From contig NC_086097.1 of the NCBI RefSeq assembly GCF_963921235.1, forward strand, positions 94,552,001 through 94,616,000: a stretch of DNA of 64,000 bases, in the 5' to 3' direction. The position numbers and the translations under genes are program-made. This stretch comes from Mobula hypostoma (taxonomy: Eukaryota). Of this stretch, positions 14,595-25,711 are shown piece after piece (within the stretch, counting starts at the first letter, position 1; each line of letters opens with the position of its first letter). The notes beneath the pieces are model-generated. The model was not told the origin of the DNA, ran no database searches, and worked only from the letters and a program-made list of their open reading frames with translations.

Positions 14595-14858
14595 ATCTAC
14601 ATGTCCGTGTGTGTGCGTGTGTGTGCGTGTGCGTGTGTGTGTGTGTGCATCTACATGTCCGTGTGTGTGTGTGTGTGTGTGTGCGTGTGTGTGTGCATCT
14701 ACATGTGCGTGTGTGTGTGCGTGTGTGTGTGCATCTACATGTCCCTGTGTGTGTGTGTGTGTGTGTGTGCATCTACATGTCCGTGTGTGTGTGTGTGTGT
14801 GCATCTACATGTGCGTGTGTGTGTTTGTGTGTGTGTCTGTGCATCTACATGTCCGTGT

Positions 14859-14906
<48 letters not shown>

Positions 14907-14926
14907 GTGCATCTACATGTCCGTGT

Positions 14927-14964
<38 letters not shown>

Positions 14965-14973
14965 ATCTACATG

Positions 14974-15008
<35 letters not shown>

Positions 15009-15425
15009 GTGTGTGTGTTTGTGTGTGTGTGCGTGTGTGCATCTACATGTCCGTGTGTGTGTTTGTGTGCGTGTGTGTGTGTGTGTGTGTGTGCATCTAC
15101 ATGTCCCTGTGTGTGTTTGTGTGTGTGTGTGTGTGTGCGCGCACGCGTGTGTGTGTATGTGCATCTACATGTCCGTGTGTGTGTGTGTGTGTGTGTGCAT
15201 CTACATGTCCGTGTGTGTGTGTGTGTGTGTGCATCTACATGTCCGTGTGTGTGCGTGTGTGTGTGTGTGCATCTACATGTCCGTGTGTGTGTGTGTGTGT
15301 GTGTGCGTGTGTGTGTGCATCTACATGTCCGTGTGTGTGTGCATCTACATGTCCGTCTGTGTGTGTGTGTGTGTGTGTGTGTAGCTACATGTCCGTGTGT
15401 GTGTGTGTGTGTGTGCATCTACATG

Positions 15426-15460
<35 letters not shown>

Positions 15461-15469
15461 ATCTACATG

Positions 15470-15510
<41 letters not shown>

Positions 15511-15618
15511 GTGTGAGCATCTGCATGTCCGTGTGTATGTGTGTCTGTGTGTGTGTGTGTGTGTGTGCATCTACATGTCCATGTGTGTGTGTGTGTGTGT
15601 GCATCTACATGTCCGTGT

Positions 15619-15649
<31 letters not shown>

Positions 15650-15708
15650 CATCTACATGTCCGTGTGTGCGTGTGTGTGTGTGCGTGTGTGTGTGTGCAT
15701 CTACATGT

Positions 15709-15750
<42 letters not shown>

Positions 15751-15833
15751 GTGTGTGCATCTACATGTGCGTGTGTGTGCATCTACATGTCCGTGTGTGT
15801 GTGTGTGTGTGTGTGTGTCTGTGCATCTACATG

Positions 15834-15872
<39 letters not shown>

Positions 15873-16254
15873 GTGCATCTACATGTCCGTGTGTGTGTTT
15901 GTGTGTGTGTGTGTGCATCTACATGTCTGTGTGTGTGTGTGTGTGTGCATCTACATGTCCGTGTGTGTGTGTGTGTCCGTGTGTGTGTGTGTGTGTGTGT
16001 GTGTGCATCTACATGTCTGTGTGTGTGTGTGTGCACGCGCGCGCATCTACATGTCCGTGTGTGTGTGTGCATCTACATGTCTGTGTGTGTGTGTGTGTGC
16101 ATCTACATGTCCGTGTGTGTGTGTGTGTGTGTGTGTGTCCGTGTGTGTGTGTGTGTGTGCATCTACATGTCCGTGTGTGTGTGTGTGTGTCCGTGTGTGT
16201 GTGTGTGTGTGTGTGTGTGCATCTACATGTCCGTGTGTGTGTGTGTGTGCATCT

Positions 16255-16288
<34 letters not shown>

Positions 16289-16386
16289 ATCTGCATGTCC
16301 GCGTGTGTGTGTGTGTGTGTGTGTCCGTGTGTGTGTGTGTGTGTGTGTGTGCATCTACATGTCCGTGTGTGTGTGTGTGTGCATCT

Positions 16387-16420
<34 letters not shown>

Positions 16421-16457
16421 ATCTGCATGTCCGCGTGTGTGTGTGTGTGTGTGTGTG

Positions 16458-16500
<43 letters not shown>
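1448..16500. repeat. ~15 kb compound satellite: GCATCTACATGTCC units separated by variable (GT)n tracts
   Basis: First 14-mer at 1448-1461; about 13 units per 600 bp near the start, so very roughly 300-370 units (estimate); ends in pure GT at 16500. Confidence 0.98.
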
Positions 16501-16501
<1 letters not shown>

Positions 16502-16800
16502 TCATCCTCCCTCAGAGCTGAGAAGACCAAGGGATCATTGCGTTTCTCTGTTTCCACAGACGCTTGTTCATCTAGACATTCCAGAACAGGCGGGGGTCAC
16601 TGAGAAGGGGCCTGTACTACTGGGTAGAGGTGCAGAATGTAGACACAACAGGACCGTAAACACTGGAATGTGAAGTAAAAAAAACTGCTGGAGGAATTCG
16701 GCAGATCGAGCTATGTCCGTGGGAAGAAGGGAAGGGTTGATGTTTCAAGTTAGAACCCACATCAGAACAAAATTAGACTTCCAAAGTTGGAAAATAGCAC

Positions 16801-16992
16801 TGGTAAGGAATCTCTGGAGAATTATATTGGTCAGGAATCGCTGGAGAATTATGTTGGTCAGGAATTGCTGGAGAATTATGTTGGTCAGGAATCGCTGGAG
16901 AATTATATTGGTCAGGAATCACAATGAAATTATACTGGCCAGGAATCACTGGAGAATTATATTGGACAGGAATTGACAGAGAATTATATTGA
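16801..16992. repeat. 27-bp minisatellite, about 7 copies
   Basis: TGGTCAGGAATCGCTGGAGAATTATAT-like units at 16801, 16828, 16855, 16882, 16909, 16936 and ~16963. Confidence 0.9.
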
Positions 16993-17575
16993 CAAGACTA
17001 TAATTTTTGTGAAGGAATTACATTGGTAAGGGGATGTACTAACAAGGCTAGGGTTATTTTGATGGGAATGAAGAAGATTTAATTGATGTGTATAGGAGAG
17101 CTGATAAGAAGGACATGCTGTATGTCCTTAGCAAAGATGTTGATAGGTAGAAGGAAAGAGGCACAATGATTTCACTCAGTGGGTGTTGGGACTTCTGGAA
17201 CACACTGCCAGAATTGGAGGTGGCGGTGACTCTCTCATCACATTGGAACAGCGCCTGCTCATCCGGATGGGGAGCTGAGGGAGTACAAACCAAAGGTTGG
17301 GGGTCAGGCACGGAAATGGTGGCTCCACAAGGTGTAGGTGAGCCCACACTTGGAGGATTGCGAACTGTTCTGGTTGCCATGTCAGAGGAAGGAGCAGGTT
17401 TACTATCATTGAGGTACGTCGTGAACTTTGTTGTTTTGTGGCAGCAGTACAGTGAAAGACACAAAAATTACTAAAAGTTTTAACTAACTAACTAAAGAGT
17501 GTGAAAGAGGGGCAGTGAGGTGGTGTTCCTGGATTCAGAGGGGAAGAACCTGTTCCTAAACTTTTGAGTGTGTAC

Positions 17576-17865
17576 CTCCTCCCTGATGGTAGTACTGAGA
17601 GGAGGGCCTGTCCTGGGTGGTGAGGGTCCTGTATCTCCCCCCCAATGGTAGTAGTGAGAGGAGGGCATGTCCTGGGAGGTGAGGGTCCTGTATCTCCCCC
17701 CCAATGGTAGTAATGAGAGGAGGGCATGTCCTGGGTGGTGAGGGTCCTGTATCTCCTCCCCGATGGTAGTAATGAGAGGAGGGCATGTCCTGGGTGGTGA
17801 GGGTCCTGTATCTCCTCCCCGATGGTAGTAATGAGAGGAGGGCATGTCCTGGGAGGTGAGAGTCC
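17576..17865 (-). repeat. 59-bp tandem repeat (about 5 copies) amplified from a Rex1/Babar-type LINE 3' segment
   Basis: ATGGTAGTA recurs at 59-bp spacing (~17586, 17645, 17704, 17763, 17822); minus strand translates as DPHHPGHALLSLLPSGRRYR, typical of the Rex1/Babar ORF C-terminus. Confidence 0.85.
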
Positions 17866-18469
17866 CTCAATGAAGGACCTGTCTTCTTGAGACATCGTCT
17901 TTAGAAGATACCCTGGATGGAGGGGAGGCTTGTGCCAGTAAAAACATTCACTGAGCCCACAACCCTCTGCAGCCTCTATTGACCCTCTGTATTGGAGCCT
18001 CCTTGGAGCATAAAGGTGTGAGGTGACCTTATAGAGCACCGAGGCATGGATAAGGTGGATATTCACAGTCGCTTTCCCAGGTAGGGAGTCTAAAACCAGA
18101 GGACATAGTTTAAGGTGGGGGGAAGACACCTGAGGGAGAGGTTTTTCCACACGGAGGGCAGTGGATGTACAGAACGATCTGCCAGAGGAAGCTGGAGAAG
18201 CTGGAGCGGGGGTGGGAGGGCGCAGGGGGGGGGAGTTGCCTTCACAACGTTTGTGTCATTAGGACAGGTTCATGGATCGGAAACATTCAGCCACTCACAG
18301 ACAAATGGGATTAGCACCTTGGTCAGCGTGGGCGCTTGGACTGAAGGCCCTGTTTCTGTGCTGTATGAGTCTATGACTATAATTGCTGCCTTTGGTTCTT
18401 TACTGAAGGAATGGTGATGATACAAACCCTATGACCCATTGATCAGTGAGCACCCTTTCACACTAATCA

Positions 18470-20180
18470 TACCATGTTATGTTGACATTGTATAATGCGC
18501 TGGTGAGGCCCAATTTAGAGTATTGTGTGCAGTTTTGGTCACCTACCTACAGGAAAGATATCAATAAGATTGAACGAGTGCAGAGGAAGTTTACAAGGAT
18601 GTTGCTGGGACTGGGAAAGGTTGAACAGGTTAGGACTTTATTCACTGCAGTGAAGGAGAATGAGGGGAGATTTGACAGATGTATACAAGAAGTGTGAGGC
18701 TTTTGACAAGGTCCCACACAGGAGATTAGTATGCAAACTTAAAGCACAAGGTATTGGGGGTAAGGTATTGATGTGGATAGAGAATTGGTTAGCAGACAGG
18801 AAGCAAAGAGTGGGAATAAACGGGACCTTTTCAGAATGGCAGGCAGTGACTAGTGGGGTACCGCAAGGCTCAGTGCTGGGACCCCAGTTGTTTACAATAT
18901 ATATTAATGACTTGGATGAGGGAATTAAATGCAGCATCTCCAAGTTTGCGGATGTCACGAAGCTGGGTGGCAGTGTTAGCTGTGAGGAGGATGCTAAGAG
19001 GATGCAGAGTGACTTGGATAGGTTGGGTGAGTGGGCAAATTCATGGCAGATGCAATTTAATGTGGATAAATGTGAAGTTATCCACTTTGGTGGCAAAAAT
19101 AGGAAAACAGATTATTATCTGAATGGTAGCCGATTAGGAAAAAGGGAGGTGCAACGAGACCTGGGTGTCATTATACACCAGTCATTGAAAGTGGGGATGC
19201 AGGTACAGCAGGCGGTGAAAAAGGCGAATGGTATGCTGGCATTTATAGCAAGAGGATTCGAGTACAGGAGCAGGGAGGTACTACTGCAGTTGTACAAGGC
19301 CTTGGTGAGACCACACCTGGAGTATTGTGTGCAGTTTTGGTCCCCTAATCTGAGGAAAGACATCCTTGCCATAGAGGGAGTACAAAGAAGGTTCACCAGA
19401 TTGATTCCTGGGATGGCAGGACTTTCATATGAAGAAAGACTGGATGAACTGGGCTTGTACTCATTGGAATTTAGAAGATTGAGGGGGGATCTGATTGAAA
19501 CATATAAAATCCTAAAGGGATTGGACAGGCTAGATGCAGGAAGATTGCTCCCGATGTTGGGGAAGTCCAGAACAAGGGGTCACAGTTGAGGATAAAGGGG
19601 AAGCCTTTTAGGACCGAGATTAGGAAAAAACTTCTTCACACAGAGAGTGGTGAATCTGTGGAATTCTCTGCCACAGGAAACAGTTGAGGCCAGTTCATTG
19701 GCTATATTTAAGAGGGAGTTGGATATGGCCCTTGTGGCTACAGGGATCAGCGGGTATGGAGGGAAGGCTGGGGCGGGGTTCTGAGTTGGATGATCAGCCA
19801 TGATCATAATAAATGGCGGTGCAGGCTCGAAGGGCCGAATGGCCTACTCCTGCACCTATTTTCTATGTTTCTATGTATCGATAGGGTAAATGCAAACAAG
19901 CTTTTTCCACTGAGGTTGGGTGAGACTAGAATTGGAAGTCGTGGGTCAAGAGTGAAAGGTGATACGTTTAGGAGGACCCTGAGAAGGAACTTCCTCACTC
20001 GGAGGGCGATGAGAGTGTGGAGCAAGTTGTCCATGGAAATGGTGGATGTGGTTCAATTTCAACATTTCAGAGAAATTTAGATAAGTACACGGATGGGAGG
20101 GGTGTGGAGGGCTATGGTCCGTGTATGGGTTAATGGGCCAAAGGGCCTGTTTCTGTGCTGTAGTGTTGCATGACTCTATG
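18470..20180 (+). mobile_element. Older CR1 3' fragment split by a younger CR1 insertion
   Basis: LYNALVRPNLEYCVQFWSP..GDL.DVYK up to ~18698 resumes as IDRVNANKLFPL at ~19877. Confidence 0.8.
18699..19876 (+). mobile_element. Young 5'-truncated CR1 LINE (RT C-terminal half)
   Basis: Open frame AFDKVPH..GVPQGSVLGP..SKFADV..LVRPHLEYC; TTTCTATGTTTCTATG tail at ~19860-19876. Confidence 0.93.
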
Positions 20181-20989
20181 TGGGAGGATAAAGTGATAGC
20201 AGGAGATCCAGACTCAGGAAGGGAGAAAAAATGCAACACCACTCACTCTTTCCCCTCCCCTCTCCCTCACAAGGGTGTTGCTGGGGGCTCCTGTAGACTG
20301 CGCACACCACAGTCTCGGCAGTGGTCAAGATGGCTGTCAGGCCAGAGAGCAGCGTGGACAAGGCTTTTGAAGAGTGTCCTCCTTCATCCAGGAACACGGA
20401 AAGAGAGTCCAGCTTCCCTGCCAGTAGAGCTGGCGTGTTGTTGGGAAACGGAAGGGCTGGCACTTTGTGGAGAGAGCACATTTGTTTACCACAGCCTCTG
20501 CAGCCCTGCAGTGGATATCTCCATCAGGGTGGAGAGCAGTGCAGGAAACCCTCAACTACGGTAAACAGTGAGAATTAGTGCCACTGCTGCTTAACTTTCT
20601 CCGAGGAGAGTGAAGCAATTAACAGCTTTAAAACTTTGGGAATAAGTCTTTGATGTGGCATCTTAAATCATTTAAGGGCTGTACTGTATACATGTTATTT
20701 ACCAATGACAAAATGACTAATCACAGTATTTGTTCTGTGGTTAAAGGCCAAGGTGGTCTTTGACGCAAAGTTCACTTAGATCCACAATTTAATGCCATTT
20801 TCAGTTGTGATGCCTGGGATTCATCTGGGTTGTGAGTTAATTTTCATCGGATTAGCAGATCCAACAAATCAGTGATCTTTCCTCTGATGAGTCAGCTGGG
20901 AAGTCTGGAGAGATGCTGTGATTTCACTTCCCGCTGGATCTGGGCCTAGCACTCTGGGTTGAGTCTCACTTGTGGGGACCTTCCTACCT

Positions 20990-21430
20990 TCAGTTCAATG
21001 TGGAATTGGCGGTAATGGGAAGGGCAGGGATCCCACAGGGGAAGAAAGGGTATCGGAGAGTGCAGAGGGAGCTTCGGGGCTCTGGAAAGGGAGTGGAGGA
21101 AGCATTGTGGCTGAGGAGGGAGGCTGAGGAGATGGGTGGAGGAGGTAGGGAGGCTGAAGAGAGGGGTGGAGGGTGTAGGGAAGCTGAGAAGAAGGATGGG
21201 GGAGTAGGGAGGCTGAGGAGAGGGGTGGAGGGAAATGGTGCAGACGAGGGGAGTGTAGAGAAAAGGGGATCTGAGGAGAGGGATTGGAATGCACAAGAGA
21301 TGAAGGGGAGAAGATTGGAGGGGGGTCGAGGAGTGAGGAGGATTGAAGAGGTAAGGGAAGCTGTGTATCGAGGGAACAAAAGGGTGGAGAGAGGAGATGG
21401 CAGTGGGGGTGGAGGGGATGGGGAGGAGAT
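20990..21430 (+). repeat. Purine-rich low-complexity tract
   Basis: Strong G/A bias on + strand with many GG/GGG runs. Confidence 0.7.
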
Positions 21431-22444
21431 CATGATCTTGCCAGGCTTCTCATGAAGATTCAGCACCTCCTCACTGCCTGCACCATTCTCTCCTCATCAC
21501 TGGGTCACAAGCAAGCTGCTAACATTGTCCACTCATTTAGCTGTTTGCCCTGCCCATGTCTGTGCCCCAGTGGCCAGTTTAGAGCATGATAGAACCTTGC
21601 ACATCGCACCCAATCTAAATCCAGTCACTAGCACCTCATGGTCTCTCCCTCTCCCCCATGCAACAAAACCCCTTCCTGCCAGCCCTCTCCGTCCCTCCGG
21701 CATTTGTAGAGGACCTATCCATGTCCGTTTTCTACCCCCACCCCCCATCACCTCATCTGAGTGCTTCCCTATGGAAACACCACCTGGAAGTCCATCAAGG
21801 AGCTCGGCTTCAGCTTCATTCTCCGGATGAACACTGGTGTCAGGAAAAGCTCAGCTGGCCCCCCCTCCCCACTCCTGGCCGCTAACTATCAGTGGGCTGG
21901 GTTAGGTTTGTCCAGTCCCCATGAGGAACACAGCATCGTACGAGTCTATGGAAAGACACTCTGCCACAACAGGGGGTCATGGCTACCTGAAAGTGGAAAT
22001 GCGAGAAGACAGGGTGGGGAAGAAGGCATACACCACACTTGCCTTCATCAGTCAGGGCACGGAACACATGTTACATCTCCACAAGACATTGGTGAGACTG
22101 CACTTGAAGCATTGTGAACTTACTATTTGTCTTCATTACGATGTTTTTTTGGCAGAAACGGGTAATTTCTTGACTTTCCACAATGGGACTCCCATGTTTT
22201 CCTGCAGTTTAACTGCTCTCCTTTACTCTGCGGAATTTTTGGCACATCCTGACGGTGAGACCTCCTTCACCCTCCGTCCCTCTGACTGTATACGGGGGTT
22301 TCGAAGTGCCAGTGACAGAGAGCTTGCTCTCTCTTATCCTGTGATTGTCGGTCGGTTGGTGTCTCTATTTATGCCAGTGCATCCTCACACACCACGCTGA
22401 CTTGGAGTGATCTTCCTTCCAGCTACGTGCTCTGTGGAATGAAA

Positions 22445-22556
22445 ACACACTCACACGCACACGCACAGAGACACGCGTACAGACACACACACACACAGAT
22501 ACGCTCTCACACACACATGCACGCACACACAGACACGCGCACACAGACACACACGC
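22445..22556. repeat. Degenerate (CA)n microsatellite
   Basis: Interrupted CA/CG dinucleotide tract. Confidence 0.85.
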
Positions 22557-22984
22557 AATCCAGGACATCAAAGTCTGTGTTTGAGTTTCAAAGGCTGAAG
22601 GCTTTCAAATGGGACAGGATTTTGGCTGCACAGGAGCTCGCACAAGGGTGGTAATGGGGTGTGAGGTGGGGTGCATTCCCAGTGTAGGAAGTGTAGTTAC
22701 AGAGTGGGAGACCTGGGCAAATGGTTGTGGCACTGAACATCAGAAGGAGAATAGTGCAGTAAATGGGGCCACCCAAACCACTGGTTGAAGAATTATGTGG
22801 TGGTGGGGAGAGGGCGGGTTTCGACTTTCCACAGCCCATGATATAAAGTGTGCAAAACACATACCAACGGTCACACACAGCACAAAGAACATACAGCATG
22901 TATAAGATAGCAAGCACCTATATCAATAAAATACAGTCACACAAAAAAGATAGACCAAGACCCTGAGTCCATGAGTTCTCAGTG

Positions 22985-23300
22985 GAAAACAATTAACAAG
23001 CATATTCACCCGGAAGCCATTTACAAACGTAAGCATCTGCAAGATTGGAGCCCTGGGGTGATCTGTGGACACCTGAGGAACTAACGCTCACACCGACAGA
23101 TAACCAGGGATACGGGCTAGCAGGAATCCCTCAACTATCTGGTTGGCGCGACCCTGCGGAGACCAGCGGCCAGAGCCACAGCCAACCAATCAGAGCAATG
23201 AGTCAGAGCACTCAGCAGAAACAACACTCAGTCGTGCACTGATGATGTCACCCTGACTGGTGACCTAACCTCCAAGCTTGGCCAACAATCCTACAAACAC
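22985..23300 (+). mobile_element. Penelope-like element 3' remnant with decayed hammerhead
   Basis: INKHIHPEAIYK resembles a Penelope GIY-YIG C-terminus; CTGATGA (23239-23245) followed by a GTCACC/GGTGAC stem (23247-23264). Confidence 0.5.
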
Positions 23301-23329
23301 ACTTTGACAATAAATGCACTTTAAAGTTT

Positions 23330-23672
23330 GAATTGATGGCTTTGTGGCCAAGTTTGCGAATGATATGAAGAAAGGTAGAAGGGCAGGTAGTGTTGAGGAA
23401 GCAGGGAGTCAGCAAAAGGATCTAGACAGATTGGAAGAACGGGCAAAGAACTAGCCAATGGAAGTGGATGGTCATGTACTTTGATAGAGGAAATAAAGAC
23501 ATAGACTATTTTCTAAAATGAGAAAGAATTCAAAAAACGAGGCGCAAAGGGACTTGGGAGTCCTTGTCGGTGGTGAGCAAGGCAAATGAGTGTCAGCATT
23601 CATTTTGAGAGAACTAGAATATAAGAGCAAGGATGTTATGACGAGGCACTATAAGGCATTGGTTAGACTGCA
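23330..23672 (+). mobile_element. Degenerate CR1 RT fragment (3' part resumes ~25375-25610)
   Basis: IDGFVAKFA.D..; interrupted at 23673 by an opposite-strand CR1 tail. Confidence 0.7.
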
Positions 23673-25370
23673 CATAGAAACATAGAAACATAGAAAACCT
23701 ACAGCACAATACAGGCCCTTCGGCCCACAAAGCTGTGCCAAACATGTCCTTACCTTAGAACTACTTAGGCTTTAACCATAGCCCTCTATTTTTCTAAGTT
23801 CCATGTAGCCATCCAGGAGTCTCTTAAAAGACCCTATCGTTTCCACCTCCACCACCACCGCTGGCAGCCCATTCCACGCACTCACCACTCCCCGCTGTTA
23901 CGTACCCCGTAACTGGGTTGCCAAACCAGCAGAAATGGATCACTCTGTTGGAGTCTGGATTACTAGAACTAAGGAAGTTTTATTAAAGAAACAAGCAACA
24001 GAGTACTCTAATCAAAAGGATAATGAATGCAACGGTTCAGCAATGATAAACATACATGTACATACATGTACACAGAATTCAGGATCGAACAAGCTCTATC
24101 ATTGTCTAGGGGCAAATGACCAGTTTCAAAGTGACACAAAGTTCAGTTCAATTTAGTTCAGTTTGCAGTAATCGTTGCCATGGCGATGGACAGTGGTGGG
24201 GAGGAGAGAGAGAGCAAAACGAATGAATATTCAACACAGCTTCCACACAGACCTTCGCAGTCAGCTTTCGGGCGAGTCCTTTGTGATGTCATCTGAGGTC
24301 ACCGACCGTGACCCCTCCGTTTCCAGATACGACCGTTTCTCTGCGCTGAACCTGGCACCCAGGCAAGGGTGGACACACACCAGGTTCCTGCCGATCGTGC
24401 CTTTCCACCCTGTGCGTTTATGGCCCGATACTTCCCACTGACTTGTGAGAGGCGCACCGCTTCCAGGGTCTCGTTACCTCGGGTGTCGTGTGTGTCCTGC
24501 CTTAGCGAACCTGTCCCTTTTTATCCCCCTGCTGGGGTATCGCCTGTCCATCACTTCAAACAGTTCAGGGTTCAAAGGGGGAGCCGCTCTAGACAGCTCT
24601 CTCTCCCGTCCCTTCATTACACATCTCCAGATCGCCTGTCCATCACTTCAAACAGTTCAGGGTTCAAAGGGGGAGCCGATCTTGACAATACCCAGACTGA
24701 TGACTCCTTCATTAACACCTCCAAATGCTGCTTCATTGTGTGCCTTATCTCTCCCTCCCCTGAGGACAGGTGGCGGACCAACTGCTGATGCCACTGGTGC
24801 AAGCCCAGGTCAGCAAACATCTTAATTTATGTGTATTCTCGTCACACCGTGTAAAAAAAAATTTACCCCTGCCATCTCCTCTGTACCTGCTTCCAAGCAC
24901 CTTAAAACTATGCCCTGTCATGCTAGCCATTTCAGCCCGGGGAAAAAGCCTCTGACTATCCACACGACCAATGCCTCTCATTATCTTGTACACCTCTATC
25001 AGGTCACCTCTCATACTCTGTCGCTCCAAGGAGAAAAAGCCAAGTTCGCTCAACCTATTCTCATAAGGCATGCTCCCCAATCCAGGCAACATCCTTGTAG
25101 ATCTCCTCTGCACTCTTTCTATAGTTTCCACATCCTTCCTATAGTGAGGCGACCAGAACTGAGCACAGTACTCCAAGTGCGGTCTGACCAGGATCCTATA
25201 TCGCTGCAACATTACCTCTCGGCTCTTAAATTCAATCCCACGATTGATGAAGGCCAATGCACAGAGTCCACCTGCACAGCAGCTTTGAGTGTCCTATGGA
25301 CTTGGACCCCAAGATCCCTCTGATCCTCCACACTGCCAAGAGTCTTGCCATTAATGCTATATTCTGCACT
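23673..25370 (-). mobile_element. 5'-truncated CR1 LINE interrupted by a solo LTR
   Basis: (CATAGAAA)n tail at 23673; ORF 24745-25257 AFINRGIEFKSREVML..LVRPHLEYC. Confidence 0.9.
23896..24846 (-). mobile_element. Solo LTR (951 bp), Gypsy-type
   Basis: TGTTACG...CGTCACA termini; 4-bp TSD CCGC/CCGT (one mismatch); CR1 is continuous across it; TTTATT near 23979 suggests minus orientation. Confidence 0.85.
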
Positions 25371-25711
25371 TCCACTTGGAGTTGATGTTTCCAGGGGTGG
25401 GTAAGTATAGGACCAGAGGGCATAGCCTCAGAATAGAGTAATATTGAAATGAAATGAGGTGGGATTTCTTTATCCAGAGGGTGGTGAATCTGTGGAACTC
25501 GTTGCCACAGACGGCTGTGGAGGCCAAGTCGTTGAGTATATTTAAAGTGGAGGTTGATAGGTTCTTGATTAGTCAGGGTGTCAAAGGTTACAGGAAGAAG
25601 GCAGGAGAATGTTTATGATAGACCGATTGAAGCTGAACACAAATATAATCTCAGACTACTTGTATCACATAGGAATTTGGAGAAACGAGAAGTTAAGTTT
25701 TATTGAATATA

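Noticed and set aside
1448..16500. CRISPR-like repeat-spacer appearance
   Set aside because: Spacers are (GT)n rather than unique sequence, the repeat is only 14 nt, there are no cas genes and the context is vertebrate
1448..16500. Telomeric or interstitial telomeric array
   Set aside because: No TTAGGG units; block duplications fit recombination better than templated addition
1329..16673. Very long ORFs (up to 1089 aa) rich in Val/Cys or His/Thr
   Set aside because: GT/CA repeats and the 14-mer lack stop codons; ORFs are open in nearly all frames on both strands with no domain content
16713..16976. 87-aa ORF with LVRNRWRII repeats
   Set aside because: Translation of a 27-bp minisatellite; no other coding evidence
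18660..19589. 309-aa ORF as a host reverse transcriptase gene
   Set aside because: Chimeric read-through from one CR1 fragment into a second truncated CR1; FADD reads FADV
20946..21466. Glu/Gly/Arg-rich and Pro/Ser-rich ORFs
   Set aside because: By-product of purine-rich low complexity on both strands
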